Of a DNA stretch of 64,000 bases, positions 29,576 to 45,097 are shown piece by piece; the first letter of the stretch is position 1, and the number at the start of each line of letters is the position of its first letter. The DNA lies in contig CM120644.1 in assembly GCA_051362555.1 (NCBI GenBank), forward strand, positions 11,306,567 to 11,370,566, in the 5' to 3' direction. The DNA is from Lingula anatina. Its lineage: Eukaryota > Animalia > Brachiopoda. Made by a program: the position numbers and the translations under genes. Under the pieces are notes generated by a model that saw only the letters and a list, made by a program, of their open reading frames with translations, made no database searches and was not told the origin of the DNA.

Positions 29576-30587
29576 CATTCTGCAGTGATAAATTGTGGTA
29601 GTTGAAAGCTCATCCGTCGTACAGGGTCAAGGTCATTAACAATTTCTAGCAATGGTGAAGGAACCTTTAAAATTTTGTTGATTCAGATGGTGATCCGGAT
29701 CACGGATCAGCACCAAAATCTAATCAGTTTTGAGAAAGCCCATTTTTGACCTATCCTGAAAATTTTATCAAAATCTTTCCACAACAGTTTGAATTAGGGT
29801 TGTGACGAATGGGCAGACAAACCGACGGATGTGAAACATAACCTCCGTGGAGGAGGTATAGTACACTATAAACTAAAATTATGGGAGTAGAGGCGGGGAC
29901 CGGGCTTCATCTCTGTTTCTGAATCTGTTTCTGGAACCAGACGTAGTTACCCTAGTTTCTAGATTTCAGTATTGCCAGCTCGATCTTGATTTCATATATA
30001 ACCATATCAGCACTGTAAAGCTACCGCATGTAAAGGTAGGCTATATAGTGAGCAAGCTAGCTTTACAGTGCCCTGGCACTCAGGGTAGACGTGGTGTACC
30101 TCGCATGAAAAGGAGATCCATCAGGATGTCTGTGTCTTTTGTTCTCGATGTCAAGTAAAACGTCAGAGACGCCTTAAATTTGCTTCGAAGACGTATATAC
30201 ACGTGTAGGTTGATTCAAGTTTTTTTCCGCTTTGCATGACCCGACGGTAAATTGTTGATGCCGCGTTTTCTCAACAGTTCCTACATAAATTCAGTTAAGT
30301 TTGCTCGTCGATCAGAATAAGGGGAAATGCAAGTATGAACTGGATCACATACAAACGGCGCCCGTTATCAGAGCGGTCGCGCCATTCGCTGTAGCCCAGG
30401 GGTGGCAGATAGGCCTACAACACCTTTTTGTTATCGGCGATCAACTGCACGTTTACACAGACAAATGCCTTCGTTTTAACCCTGTCAACAGATACATTAT
30501 ACAGGCAAATAATATCAGAGATATAATCTCAGAAAGGGAAAAGTTACCTGGCTTACTATCATGGGAAAGGAGCCATGCCCCCCCCCC

Positions 30588-30672
<85 letters not shown>

Positions 30673-31590
30673 ATACGATTCACATATTATATATTATGCT
30701 ATAATGTCACAAATGGAAGACAAAATGTCTAAACAGGCCTACGTACACATGTATTCAATAATATGAAAATTGTTGTATGGTGGTTAAAAGATATATAGGC
30801 TTACACATACTTGAGGTATCTAAAATATGACAAGAAAAAATTGGTTACTGTTAACAGTATACATGTACAAGGAAGGTATACCAACAGACTCATTGACCTG
30901 CAGATCACATAGACAGAATACAAATAAAATTAATAATAATAATAATAATATAAATATGAGAAAACAAAGAAAAACAAAAAAAAAAAAAAATGAAGAAAAA
31001 GAATATAAGATCATATAAAATATGATAAGATAAAACGTCTGATAGGGGCCACGGTAGTTTCGACAACTAAAATACCCGCTGCGCTCTCACATATAGATCC
31101 CTGACATATAGATTTTATCACGCAGCCTGAGTTATTTCCCTTCAGAGAAGTGACAGACTGATTAGTATTATAAACCATCTATTTCTAACCCAGCAAGCAA
31201 TTTGCGGATATCGACTTTTTTTTTTTACAAGGATCCTGTCTCATATAATTAAGGATAAACTGATATAATCTGACCGTGCACGAGAACACGGTCGATACAT
31301 AGCTAAAACCATACATAGGGCAGCAGCCATCGGTACATATAATAATAATAATAATAATAATAATTATTATTATTATTATTATTATTATTTACTCAACTTA
31401 TACGTAGTATAAGTACATTAGAAATGGGTTTATGACGCGAGCTCTAGAAGTAATCGGTGGAGAATATATTTACTTTACTCCGCAGGGTGACGAACGACAT
31501 ATATGACATTAAATTACAGCATATAATACAGCTACCGACAGCAAATGTATTCTTTTAGAGAGGTGTCATAAGTAAGACTTTAATGCTCAC

Positions 31591-31667
<77 letters not shown>

Positions 31668-32710
31668 AGAGCAGAGTACAGCAATAAGTAACCACAATAT
31701 GAAGTACAGGTTTTTAGACAGCCCAACTGCAGTAGTCGAGTCGCAGTTGTTGCAGAGAGTATAACTGACACTCTGGGTTCAGGGAGATCAATGATCAATA
31801 GATCAGGCACTCAGACAACAGAAAAAAACACCAGAGAATATGTGTTCTATAGACAAAATTCCCACCACTTCCTTGACTATCCTTTGGTTCTCAGGGTGAT
31901 TCACGAGTTTACGACAACACACAGACAGCAGTGAATACATTAGGCTGGCTGCTGCAATGCAGTGTAATATGCCTGCCACTTCCCGTTGCACCCCTTGCAT
32001 ACCAAACAAATTTCATACAGATGTACATCCCCTTTCAAAAGCCTTTAAGAGTATTATTTTGATAAAAAATTCGACTCATTTTTGAAAAATATCATAAAAA
32101 GATCAATATAAGTACATATAAATGGTTCATTTCATTAGCAGAGGGCATGGCAGTTAAATAAGCTCTATGGAGGGCAGTTATAATATTATGTTGATTAGCA
32201 GTGTATGAGCTTAGCATTATGTAATGAAAATTTCGATATGAAATTAGCCATTTTCTGCAGCTTTCCGTCCCACAGAAATCACGAAAGCATATACAGGCAG
32301 GCAAATTGACAAAATTGATCTTTCTTTAGCAACATTGACAAAATGCTCATTGTCCTCGGCTTATTATAATGGCTCATATTTCCGTCTAATTCAATGCAAA
32401 TACTGCATTAACGATCCTTTTCTCGAACAAATCAAGTGCTAAATATTTGGATTAATTTATTTGCGTTGGGAGACCAGGTGTCAGGGAGATAGAGCCACGT
32501 GATTTAAATAAGCCAATCACATGCGCAGATTTCCAGGTTATTGATTATTCTCCTCGTCCCAGACGACGACTTCTATAAGTAAGGCCACGTTTGTCCCGCC
32601 TATCATTTAGTAACTCACTCGACTCTTTACGGTCCAGCGGTGAGAGCTTTGAAGTCATTTTCAACGAATTTTATCACGTTTTTGTGAACCAGACATCTTA
32701 ACTAGTCAAC

Positions 32711-35002
<2,292 letters not shown>

Positions 35003-36792
35003 ATCTACGTCCAACCTTTCGAACTGCATTCCACCGAAATGTTACATTTGAACTTTTTCATTTGTGACGATAAGTCAGACTTTGAGAAACAAAATTTCAT
35101 CAGGGTATTCAAAAAACAAAATCATAATCAAAAGAAAAAGATCAAATTTATTTTTTGGAGCTGAATAAAGAATTAAAACCTATGCTAGTGTTTTGTTTGT
35201 ACACTTTATTGGCAATCATTATGACTAGAAGTAATTAGTTTTTCAGAATATTGGATATGCTTATTTGGTACACTGAGTGTCAGGGCACAGTAAAAGCTAG
35301 CTTGTTAAAAATCTCGTGATGGGATCGCTTTTGCTAGTATTTCTTTTACTTGTATTGCTGATATGGGTTATATACATGTATGAAATCAAGATCGAGCTGG
35401 CAATACGGAAATCTAGAACCTAGGGTAGCTTTGGGGGGGAAGGGACGGGGTGTAGGGAGGTTGGTGGTGGTAGTGGTGGTGGTGGTGGTGGTAGTGGTGG
35501 TAGTGGTGGTGGCGGGGTGCTTTCCTTCTCTTACCAAATATGAGCTGGATATTACGCAGATTAGGATTTCATCATTTACCTGCCCTCAGGCTTTCTCTAA
35601 CTTTGCCACCTCGCTTGATAGGCTAGACAGCTTTTGTTGCCGTTTTTTAAGTATCCAGGGATATAAAAAAAAACCCAGTAAAATGCGCCAATTAAATAAA
35701 AATAGACAAATTCTTTTCTGTTTTGCATCGCACTTTTAAACTTTTAAACCAACTCTTCCCATTTAAAATTATTCGAAATAGAAAGGTGAACATCGTTATC
35801 TATTTCACAAACAAGGTGCTAATGGTCACTAAAACTCAACGCAATAAATACGTTAACGATAAAGTTATAATTGCTTTTACATGAACAAGCACTTAACGGG
35901 AGCACCAGTATCTACGCCTTAGTTCGCATGTATGTTATAGGCCCTATAATACTGTAACGATGCTTTCTCCAATTTAAAAGCTACCATTTTATTGAGCTAT
36001 ATTAGGACGCAATAAGGTAGGTAGATTTTACCTGACTGAATAGTAATATCTTGAATGAACGCTATAAATGAGATGTAAGCTTAAAGCAATATTTTGATAA
36101 GTTTGAAAGTCCCGCAGTGTCTGGTTGAATAATTTGATTTATTCATATCAAAGCTTTCTATCCAGTGCGAGCAATGTGGGCTGCACTATCGTGTCATATA
36201 GCGACATTTTGCATGGTTGGGGAAGTCAATAAAGTGGATGTTGGGTTATATAAGGATAGCAAATAACCATATAGCACTTACGATTTTATTGGCATTATTT
36301 TGAAGGTAGACAGAGAATGAAATGATTTTATTTTTAGTGTAACAGGAGTTGGGCTGTCCCGGAAAAGGGGGGGGGGGTTGATTCTGATTTCTTTAAACAT
36401 TGTAATTAATGATGTCTCCTCCTTAACCATTTGGAACAGTTTAGAACTATGATTCAGCTATACTATACTAGCTATACTAGGCAAAATTCTAATTTTAAGA
36501 GGGGACCATTTGGGTGATGTTTTGCAGAAATCGAAGGGGGGGGGGCAGGACCCCTCTGGCACCCCCTAAATCCACCCCTGATATAAATAAGCCTTCTCAA
36601 TAAGTGCAATTTCATTCAATTTTCTATTTATAGCCTTGAAAGAAACGACTTTACATAGAAGCAAGACCGCATAGAAGAAAATCATTGATACACCTTCCGA
36701 TTGCGCTGCCAACCGCTTCTTAATTGCACAGCAGACGAATTTCTAATTCCTCTCATTTGAAGGAGATTTAATTTAAAATTTAAATCTTAAAG

Positions 36793-37014
36793 ATGGAGAT
36801 GGCAAAATTATTTATCATTTTTGCTTCGTTGACTATAGTGGGACTGCCGACAAGAAAAGGTCTTTTCGTCCACTATTATGTTGGCGAGGATATGGAGGAA
36901 GGCGAATTCTCTGAGGAATGGACAACTCCCGGGAATAGTGACGAAGTGGTCATCGTCGACTCCGTTGAGGGAGAGGGCAACGATGAAATCGATATTTTTT
37001 TTAATGATAAATGA
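36793..37014 (+). CDS. Tubulin-tail micropeptide unit 1 (73 aa): hydrophobic leader + alpha-tubulin C-terminus
   Basis: [24 protein letters not shown] then [19 protein letters not shown]...DSVEGEG. Tubulin-like 3'UTR with AATAAA at 37209. Confidence 0.6.
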   Translation: MEMAKLFIIFASLTIVGLPTRKGLFVHYYVGEDMEEGEFSEEWTTPGNSDEVVIVDSVEGEGNDEIDIFFNDK

Positions 37015-37351
37015 TCTCAACGCCCAGCGTCCTGAACAGCATAAGTTCCACCGTGACCTTACATATTTACTTTTAATGTGACGATAAATAAGACATTTCT
37101 TGATAAAAGAACATATATGCATCATTTTATGGTGTTTTTGAGAAACAGTCGAAATTTTATCACGGTAATGAATCTCAAAAAAGAAAAAAAATGTATTTTG
37201 GGGAATTGAATAAAAACGTGTGCTGGCATTTTGTTTGTACACTGTGATGGCAATCTTATGAATAACTGACAAACTGATCCACCGACTACATATTCACTCC
37301 TCGGAGGGATGTGGTTACAGTAGCAACCATGCAGCTAGCAAATGGAGCTAA

Positions 37352-37564
37352 GAGACCATTCCCACAGATATTTTAGATCGATCTATCTCCCTGGGGAGTC
37401 TCACTTGAATGCTGTCAACTTAACCGGCTTAAATGTCTGTCCCGCCTACTAAAATCTGTAAGGGGGTAATTAACTTTCTTGCTCGCTCGGCTCCCGGAAG
37501 CTGACAGCAATTTATCGTGAACCCCCAAGGAGTTGGGTCGATCTAAATCTGTGGGAACCCAGTC
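37352..37564. mobile_element. PIF/Harbinger-like MITE (TAA duplication)
   Basis: Imperfect TIRs (CATTCCCACAGAT...AGATCGA / TCGATCTAAATCTGTGGGAA), TAA on both sides, empty site in the sister unit at ~39290. Same family at 42695-42921, ~54416-54631, partial at 60420-60485; related at ~17840-18090 and ~4260-4500. Confidence 0.8.
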
Positions 37565-38603
37565 TAAGAGAATTCATAGTCAGCTCTGCAATATTAAGGG
37601 TGGTGGGGATTCATGCCCCCTCCACCTTCCCCGTTCACTCTTCCTGTCCTTAGAGCTCAGTATATAGGCCAGTACCAGTATCTGTACCACAGTTGTCATG
37701 TTTGTAATATATGAAACCGTAACGATGCTTTCTCCAATTTAAAAGCTTTTTCATTGAGCTATATAAGGACGCAATAAGGTAGGCAGATTTAACCTGACTG
37801 AATAGTAATGGTCATATCTTCAGATATCTTAAATGTACATCATAAATGAGATGTAAGCTAATAACATTATTTTGAGAAGTTTGGAAGTCCCGCAGTGTCT
37901 GGAAATATAATGTGATTTATTCATATCAAAGCTTTCTATCAAGTGCGTGCCATGTGGGCTGCACTATGGTGTGATATCATCTCATATGACTACATTTTGC
38001 CTGGTTGGGGAATTCAATAGAATAGATCTTGGGTTATATAAGGATAGTAAATAACCATACAGCACTTACGATTTTATTGGCATTATTTTGAAGGTAGATA
38101 TAAGACAGAATGAACTGATTTGATTTTTAGTGTAACAGGGGGTTGGGCTGTCCTGGAAAGGGGGGTGGGGGTGATTCTGATTTCTTTAAACATTGTGATT
38201 TATGATGTCTCCTCCTTTACCATTTGGTGCAGTTTACAACTATGATTCAGCTATAGACCTACTAGGCAAAATTGTAATTTCAAGAGGGGACCATTTGGGT
38301 GATGTTTTGCAGAAATCGAAGGGGGGGGGGGGGGTCAGGACCCCCCTTACATCCCCTAAATCCGCCACTGATATAAATAATTCGTAAGCCTTTGCTCAAT
38401 GCAATCTCATTCAATTTTCTATTTATAGGCTTCAAAAAAAAAAAAAAAAAAAAAAAAAAACTTTACAAAGAGGCAAGACCGCATAGAAGAAAAACATTGA
38501 TACACCTTCACATTACGCTTCCAACCGCTTCTTAATTGCACAGCAACGGATTTCTAATTCCTCACTTTTGAAGAAGAATAAATTCAGAACTAAAATGTTA
38601 AAG

Positions 38604-38936
38604 ATGGAGATGACAAAATTTTTAATCATTCTTGCCTCGTTGACTATAGTGGGAATGCCGACGAGAAAATGTCCATTCGTCCTCTATTATGTCGGTGAGG
38701 GTATGAGGGAAGGTGAATTCTTTGAGACTCGTGAGGATTTGGCCGCTCTTGAGAAGGATTACGAAGAAGTCGTCGTCGACTCCATTGAGGAAAAGGGAGA
38801 GAGCGAAGATGGGAGCGGGGAGGATATAGAGGAAGGTGAATTCTCTGAGGAATGGTCAGTTTCGGGGAATAGTTACGAAGATGTCAACGCCGACTCCGTT
38901 GAGGAAGAGGGCGACTATGAAATCGGTTTTTTTTAA
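38604..38936 (+). CDS. Tubulin-tail micropeptide unit 2 (110 aa) with two tandem tail modules
   Basis: [33 protein letters not shown]...[17 protein letters not shown]...GDYEIGFF. Alternative ATG at 38595, AATAAA at 39151. Confidence 0.6.
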   Translation: MEMTKFLIILASLTIVGMPTRKCPFVLYYVGEGMREGEFFETREDLAALEKDYEEVVVDSIEEKGESEDGSGEDIEEGEFSEEWSVSGNSYEDVNADSVEEEGDYEIGFF

Positions 38937-39589
38937 GCTGATAAATGATCCCAACGCCCAGCGTCCTGAACAACATATATTCCACAGTGATGTTCCATAT
39001 TAACTTTTAATGTGACGATAAGTAAGACATTTCTTGATAAAAGAACAAATATGCAACCTTTTTTTTTTTTTTTAGGCGTTTTTGAGAAACAGTCAAAATT
39101 TCATCAGGGCAATGAAACTCAAAAGAAAATCAATGTATTTTTGGGAACTGAATAAAGAATTTAAACGTGTGCCGGTATTTTGTTTGTACACTATGATGGC
39201 AATCTTATGAATAACAGACAAACTACATGTACATATTTACTCCTCAGAGGGAAGTGATTACAGTAGCAACCATGCAGCTATAGCAAATGGAGCTTAGAGA
39301 ATTCATAGTCAGCTCTGCAATACTAAGGGTGGTGGGGATACATGCCCCCTCCCCCTTCCCCGTTCACTCTTCCTGGCCTTAGAGCTCAGTATATAGGCCA
39401 GTACCAGTATCTGTTCCACAGTTGTCATGTTTGTAATATATGATACCGTAACGATGCTTTCTCTAATTTAAAAGCTTTTTCATTGAGCTATATTAAGACG
39501 CAATAAGGTAGGCAGATTTAACCTGACTGAATAGTAATGTTCATATCTTCAGATATCTTAAATGTACATCATAAATGAGATGTAAGCTA

Positions 39590-41106
39590 CAGACTTGACA
39601 TTTAATATGGAATATTATTTTCCAAGTCATTTTTCATCAGTTTTTTGCTATTTTGCTGACTGATAAATGAAAATAAGGATTAAAATCGTGTTTTAATAAC
39701 TTTAAATTATCTCTTTGATGTCATGCTGACACCAGCTCATTGGTTTAATAACGGTCATAGTAACGGTCGCTGTTACGCCTGGCCTCTTCTGTCTGTTATC
39801 AGCGCTCTCAAGCAGCAAGGCATTCCTTGGGAAAAGTTTTTAGAGTTCAATCTGGAATATTATTCCAGGCATCGGTCCAAAATTGTCCAATTTGGTCCAG
39901 TTTTGATGTAGGGCATGTAAGCAGTTGATTCGGCGAGTAATGGCTTACCCACATATTGTCTATGCGGTTCAAATGTGGCGATTTTGATGACCAGGGTAGC
40001 TGCTCATTCCCTTGGTTCTGTAAGTTATCTGCTATTAAAAGTGCTCTGTGTGAACCGGCAATCTGACCGTGCAAACTAAAATTGTTCCTAAGGTGCCCCC
40101 TATCAAATGATAGTCAAGTGGTTCTCAGATTATTCCTTTATTTGATCTGGTTCAGGTTTTCATCAATGACTACCATTGGTGTTTTGGCACCAATGTGGTA
40201 TCCACTCCAAATACTAACGCTGTCAATGACCCGTGTCACTTTACACGCGGTACATGCTTCGTCGTAGGCCTCTTCTGGATGTCTGTAAACTCTGTTTTGA
40301 CTAGCTGGGAGGTACAGGTGAAATCTGACCTCAATAAAGAAAGTCACGCGGTTTCAGTGTTCTACCCAGAAACGGTCATGGCCCCCAATTCATTAGAGAA
40401 ACAGACGACGATGTTTTGCTGTTTACAGTGGGTACCTCGCAGGTCATCTGGTATTCTAACCTGCTAAAACCAGTTTGGTGCTCGTTAAGGGCTTGAAAAA
40501 CGCATTTTGGTGGCAATTTACCCCTCGTTCTGAACAGACTGGGTGGCTTATGTTTAGTTGCAGCAGCGTATCCCGAAAGACAGTGCGTCCTGTACCCTGG
40601 AGATAAGATTTCGATGCATTGGGTGTGACCTCTGTGTAGTTACATCAGTCTGGGCATTACTCTATAAAACTGTGCGGACCGTTCCGTTTGGCGCTGTAAT
40701 CTGTCTGGTAATGTCTGTCTTTTTCGCGCCATTCTGCCACAAATTTACAAATTTGTAAAGCACTCATTGGCTCATTTTACGCACTGCAAAACTGACCGCT
40801 TCCATGCAAAATTTCAAATTCTTCTATGGAATAGTTGCCGACATACGGATACTTTTTTGACAGAACCAAGATTTGAAGCCAAGCATTGACCAGCCCAAAG
40901 GAACACTACCCAATTAAATCACCGCATTTTACATAATGTAGCAGCGCAACAGACATGGAAGTCAGTTAATTGGTAGCGACACACCTGACTACACACTTCT
41001 CCATTCACAAATCTTATATGAGATCGGAGTTTTTTTGAAAAAAGAACGAATTTTTACCTAGGCATACCTTCGAAACTGAAATATTCCATATAAAATGTCA
41101 AGTCTG
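39590..41106 (-). mobile_element. Decayed Tc1/mariner DNA transposon
   Basis: 27-bp TIRs CAGACTTGACATTTWATATGGAATATT. TA duplication supported by the empty site GATGTAAGCTAATAAC in sister repeats (~37850, ~41775). Frameshifted transposase fragments on the - strand (FFIEVRFHL, VSIWSG, PWSSKSPHLNRIDNMW, resembling WPxxSPDLNPIENxW). Confidence 0.88.
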
Positions 41107-42470
41107 TAATAACATTATTTTGAAAAGTTTGGAAGTCCCGCAGTGTCTGGAAAAATAATTTGATTTATTCATATCAAAGCTTTCTGTCCAGTGCGAGCAA
41201 TTTGGGCTGCACTATCGTGTGATATAGCTACATTTTGCCTAGTTGGGGAATTCAATAAAGTGGATGTTGGGTTATACTGTATATGGATAGTAAATAACCA
41301 TATAGCACTTACTTTTCTATTGCATTATTCGGAAAGTAGATATAAGACACAGATTGAACTGATTTGAATTTTAGTGTAACAGGGAGTAGGGCTGTCCCGG
41401 AAAGGGGGGGGGGGGTGATTATGATTTCTTTAAACATTGTAATTTATGATGTCTCCTCCTTTACCATTTGGTACAGTTTAGAACCAATATATGATTCAGC
41501 TATACTAGGCAAAATTCTAATTTCAAGAGGGGACCATTTGGGTGATGTTTTGAAAAAATCGGAAGGGGGGGGGGGTCAGGACCCCCCTTACATCCCCTAA
41601 ATCCACCAATGGTATGAATAATTCGTAAGTCTTTGCTCAATGCAATTTCATTCAATTTTCTATTTATAGCCTTGAAAGAAACGACTTTACATAGAAGCAA
41701 GACTGCACAGAAGAAAAACAATATGAATAGTAATGTTCACATCTTCAGATATCTTAAATGTACATCATAAATGAGATGTAAGCTAATAACATTATTTTGA
41801 AAAGTTTGGAAGTCCCGCAGTGTCTGGAAAAATAATTTGATTTATTTATATCAAAGCTTTCTGTCCAGTGCGAGCAATGTGGGCTGCACTATCGTGTCAT
41901 ATAGCGACATTTTGCATGGTTGGGGAAGTCAATAAAGAAAATCTTGGGTTTCATAAGGATAGTAAATAACCATACAGCACCATATTGCCATTATTTTGAA
42001 GGTAGATATAAGACACAGAATGATTTGATTTTTAGTGTAACAGGGGGTTTGGCTGTCCCGGAAAGGGGGGGGGGCAGTTAATTCTGATTCCTTTAAACAT
42101 TGTGATTCATGATGTCTCCTCCTTTACCATTTGGTACAGTTTAGAACTATGATTCAGCTATACTAGGCAAAATTCTAATTTCAAGAGGGGACCATTTGGG
42201 TGATGTTTTGCAGAAATCGAAGGGTGGGGGGGGGGGGGCAGGACCCCTCTGGCACCCCCTAAATCCGCCACTGATATAAGTAATTCGTAAGTCTTTGCTC
42301 TATGCAATATCATTCAATTTTCTATTTATAGACTTCAAAGAAAAAACTTTACAAAGAGGCAAGACCGCAAAAAAGAAAAACATTGATACACCGCTTCTTA
42401 ATTGCACAGCAAACGAATTTATAATTCTTCACTTTTGAAGAAGATTAAATTCAGAATTAAAATATTAAAG

Positions 42471-42665
42471 ATGGAGATGAAAAAATCTTTTATCGTTTTT
42501 GCTTCGTTGACTATAGTGGGACTGCCGACAAGAAAATGTTCATTCGTCCACTGGTATGTCGGTGAGGGTATGGAAGAAGGTGAATTCTCTGAGGCTCGTG
42601 AGGATTTGGCCGCTCTTGAGAAGGATTACGAAGAGGTCGCCGTCGACTCTGCATTTGAAGAGTGA
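42471..42665 (+). CDS. Tubulin-tail micropeptide unit 3 (64 aa, 3' end frameshifted)
   Basis: [64 protein letters not shown]. The old ...GAG TAT end follows out of frame and a MITE sits at the former stop. Confidence 0.5.
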   Translation: MEMKKSFIVFASLTIVGLPTRKCSFVHWYVGEGMEEGEFSEAREDLAALEKDYEEVAVDSAFEE

Positions 42666-42694
42666 GAGGGCGGAGATTGGAGGGGGGAGTATTA

Positions 42695-42921
42695 GGATGC
42701 ATTCCCAGAGATTTAGATCGATCCAGAGATTTAAAATTAGATCGACCTAAGTCCTTGGGGGTTCACACTAAATTGCAGTCAGCTGAGCTTGCACCATAGT
42801 TAATTACCCCCTTTACAGCTTTTAGTAGGCAGGACAGACGCTTAAGCCGACTTAACTGACAGTAATCTAGTGAGACTCCCCACAGGGATAGATCGATCTA
42901 AAATCTATGGGAATGGGGTCC
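42695..42921. mobile_element. PIF/Harbinger-like MITE inserted at the ancestral stop codon of unit 3
   Basis: GGATGCATTCCCAGAGATTT...AAATCTATGGGAATGGGGTCC. Flanks rejoin to GAGTATT.AACTGATAAATGA as in unit 4. Confidence 0.8.
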
Positions 42922-44435
42922 TAAACTGATAAATGATCCCAACGCCCAGCGTCCTGATAAGCATATGTTCCACCGTGATGTTTCATATAAACTTTTAACG
43001 TGACGACAAGTAAGACATTTCTTAATAAAAGAGCAAATATGCATCATTTTATGACTTTATTGAGAAACATTCAAATTTTTATCTAGAAACTCAAACGAAA
43101 ATAAATATATTTTTGGGAATTGGATAAGAGCTAAGATGATTCAAAGTCAGCTCTGTAAGGCCTCATTCAGAACAGTGGACCGACTAGTCTGAGGATCAAA
43201 TATGGCCGACCCACTTAACTACTTATAGTAACTGGCTCGCGCTGCTAGTTATTACGCCGCGGGATATTTAGGGCACAGACCGTGATCATAAGACATACCG
43301 CGAAAAGAAAATAGAATTTAGAAAGTAGACATTGCATGTGAATGAAGCCTTAAACTCATTTAAAACCAACTCTTCCCATTTGAAAATTATTCATAATAGA
43401 AAGGTGAACATGATTCTCTATTTCAGAGACTAGTTGCTATTGCTCGCTTAAACTTAACACAATAAAACTGCTAAAGATAAAGTTATAATTGGTTTTACAT
43501 GTACAAGCACTAAGCGGGAGTAGGCCTACCAGTATCTGCGCCCTAGTTGGCATGTTTGTAGTATAATACAGCAACGATGCTTTCTACAATTTAAAAACTT
43601 CCATTTTATTGAGCTATATTAGAACGCATTAAGGTAGGTAGATTTAACCTGAATGAATAGTAATATCTTAAATGTACGTTATAAATGAGACGTAAGCTTA
43701 AAGCAATATTTTGAAAAGTTTGGAAGTCCCGCAGTGTCTGGAGGAATAATTTGCTTTATTCATATAAAAGCTTTCTGTCAAGTGCGTGCAATGTGGGCTG
43801 CTCTATGGTGTCATATCATTACATATGACTACATTTTGCCTGGTTGGGGAATTCAATAAAGAAGATCTTGGGTTATATAAGGATAGTAAATAACCATACA
43901 GCACTTACGATTTTATTGGCATTATTTTCAAGGTAGATATAAAACACAGAATGAACTGATTTGATTTTTAGTGTAGCAGGGGGTTCGGCTGTCCCGGAAA
44001 GGGGGGGGGGGGTTGATTCTGATTTCTTTAAACATTGTAATTTATGTCTCCTTCTGTACCATTTGGAACAGTTTAGAACTATGATTCAGCGATAGGCCTA
44101 CTGGGCAAAATTCTAATTTCAAGAGGGGACCATTTGGGTGATGTTGTGAAGAAATCGAAGGGTGGGGGGGGGGGGGGGGGCAGGACCCCCCCCCCCTACA
44201 TCCCCTAAATCCGCCACTGATATAAATAAGTCTTTGCTCAATGCAATGTCATTCAATTTTCCATTTATAGCCTTCAAATAAAAAACTTTACAAAGAGGCA
44301 AGACCACATAGAAGAAAAACATTGATGCACCTTCGGATCACGCTGCCAACCGCTTCTTAATTGCACAGCAAACGAATTTCTAATTCCTCACTTTTGAAGA
44401 AGATTAAATTCAGAATTAAAATGTTAAAGATAGAG

Positions 44436-44654
44436 ATGACAAAATTTTTAATCATATTTGCCTCGTTGACTATAGTGGGAATGCCGACGAGAAAATGTCC
44501 ATTCGTCCACTATTATGTCGGTGAGGGTATGGAGGAAAGTGAATCCTCTGAGGCACGCGAGGAATGGACAGCTCCGGGGCAGGATTACGAAGCGGTCGGC
44601 GTCGACTCCGTTGAGGGAGAGGGAGAGGGCGAAGATGGGAGCGGGGAGTATTGA
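44436..44654 (+). CDS. Tubulin-tail micropeptide unit 4 (72 aa, ends GEY)
   Basis: [72 protein letters not shown]. Alternative ATG at 44421. 3'UTR homology truncated after ~25 nt. Confidence 0.58.
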   Translation: MTKFLIIFASLTIVGMPTRKCPFVHYYVGEGMEESESSEAREEWTAPGQDYEAVGVDSVEGEGEGEDGSGEY

Positions 44655-45097
44655 ACTGATAAATGATCCCAACGCCAAGCCTTGTAATTTCTGCTGTCTC
44701 CTCCTTTATCATTAGAGTGAGGATATTTCGGTATTCAGGGATGTGCCTGGTCACAAGATTTTTCCTGCACCTAGGGGTTTGGTTGTCCCTTGCGGGTGGT
44801 TGATTATCTTTTTTTACAATGTTATCTCTAACATTTCATCCTAGACCATTAGAGTGAGGAAAAGGACATTGATGATATATATCTGATTTACAAATCTTTG
44901 CTCAGTAAGAGCAATTTCATTCAATTTTCGTTTTTTACTTGAAATAGCCTTGAAAGAAATGACTTAACGTAGAGACAAGACTGGATAGAAGAGAAAACAT
45001 TGATACACCTCACGCTTCGCTGTCAACCGCTTCTAAATTGCATAGCACACGGATTTCTAATTACTCTCTTTTGAAGAAGATTTAATTAAGGTGTAAA

